Positions 63,902 through 64,000 of a DNA stretch of 64,000 nt are shown one piece after another. The DNA lies in assembly GCA_964016885.1 (NCBI GenBank), contig OZ024740.1, forward strand, positions 243,536,001-243,600,000, given 5' to 3'. This stretch comes from Eledone cirrhosa (Eukaryota). The position numbers and the translations under genes were made by a program. How positions within the stretch are numbered: position 1 is the stretch's first letter; each line of letters starts with the position of its first letter. The notes under the pieces are model-generated. The model made no database searches. It saw only the letters and a program-made list of their open reading frames with translations, and had not been told where the DNA came from.

Positions 63902-64000
63902 GTAAGTTGCATTTTTATACCAACCTTTTTATTTTACTTTTTTTCATTATTTCTTTCTTTTCTTCTTTCTTCTTCTCCTCCTACTTCTCTCCATCTATTC

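Overview
AT-rich, microsatellite-laden animal genomic DNA. The SINE/LINE repertoire suggests a coleoid cephalopod such as octopus (inference). Almost all of it is transposable elements: at least three subfamilies of RTE-clade LINEs (one nearly intact, each with a PHD-like finger inside the RT), Tx1/L1-type LINE fragments, tRNA-derived Meta-domain and CORE-type SINEs, Helitrons, DNA-transposon MITEs, one non-autonomous LTR element and several Penelope-like elements (PLEs). The only recognisable host gene piece is the N-terminal coding exon of an SLC16/MCT transporter at 63694-63901, which the ORF track misses. The top finding is a set of type I hammerhead ribozymes read by eye. Two related non-coding 440-470 bp repeat units (27.7-29.0 kb, folded into a palindrome with a target-site duplication; 43.7-44.4 kb, in tandem) carry minimal hammerheads with compensatory stem changes, so they look like a retrozyme-like or non-autonomous PLE family. 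Also notable: an inverted segmental duplication with reciprocal TE insertions, an extended tRNA-Trp primer-binding site, a 5' U2 snRNA fragment, and pseudoknot-like modules shared between RTE 5' and 3' UTRs. All assignments are by eye; no searches or folding were run.
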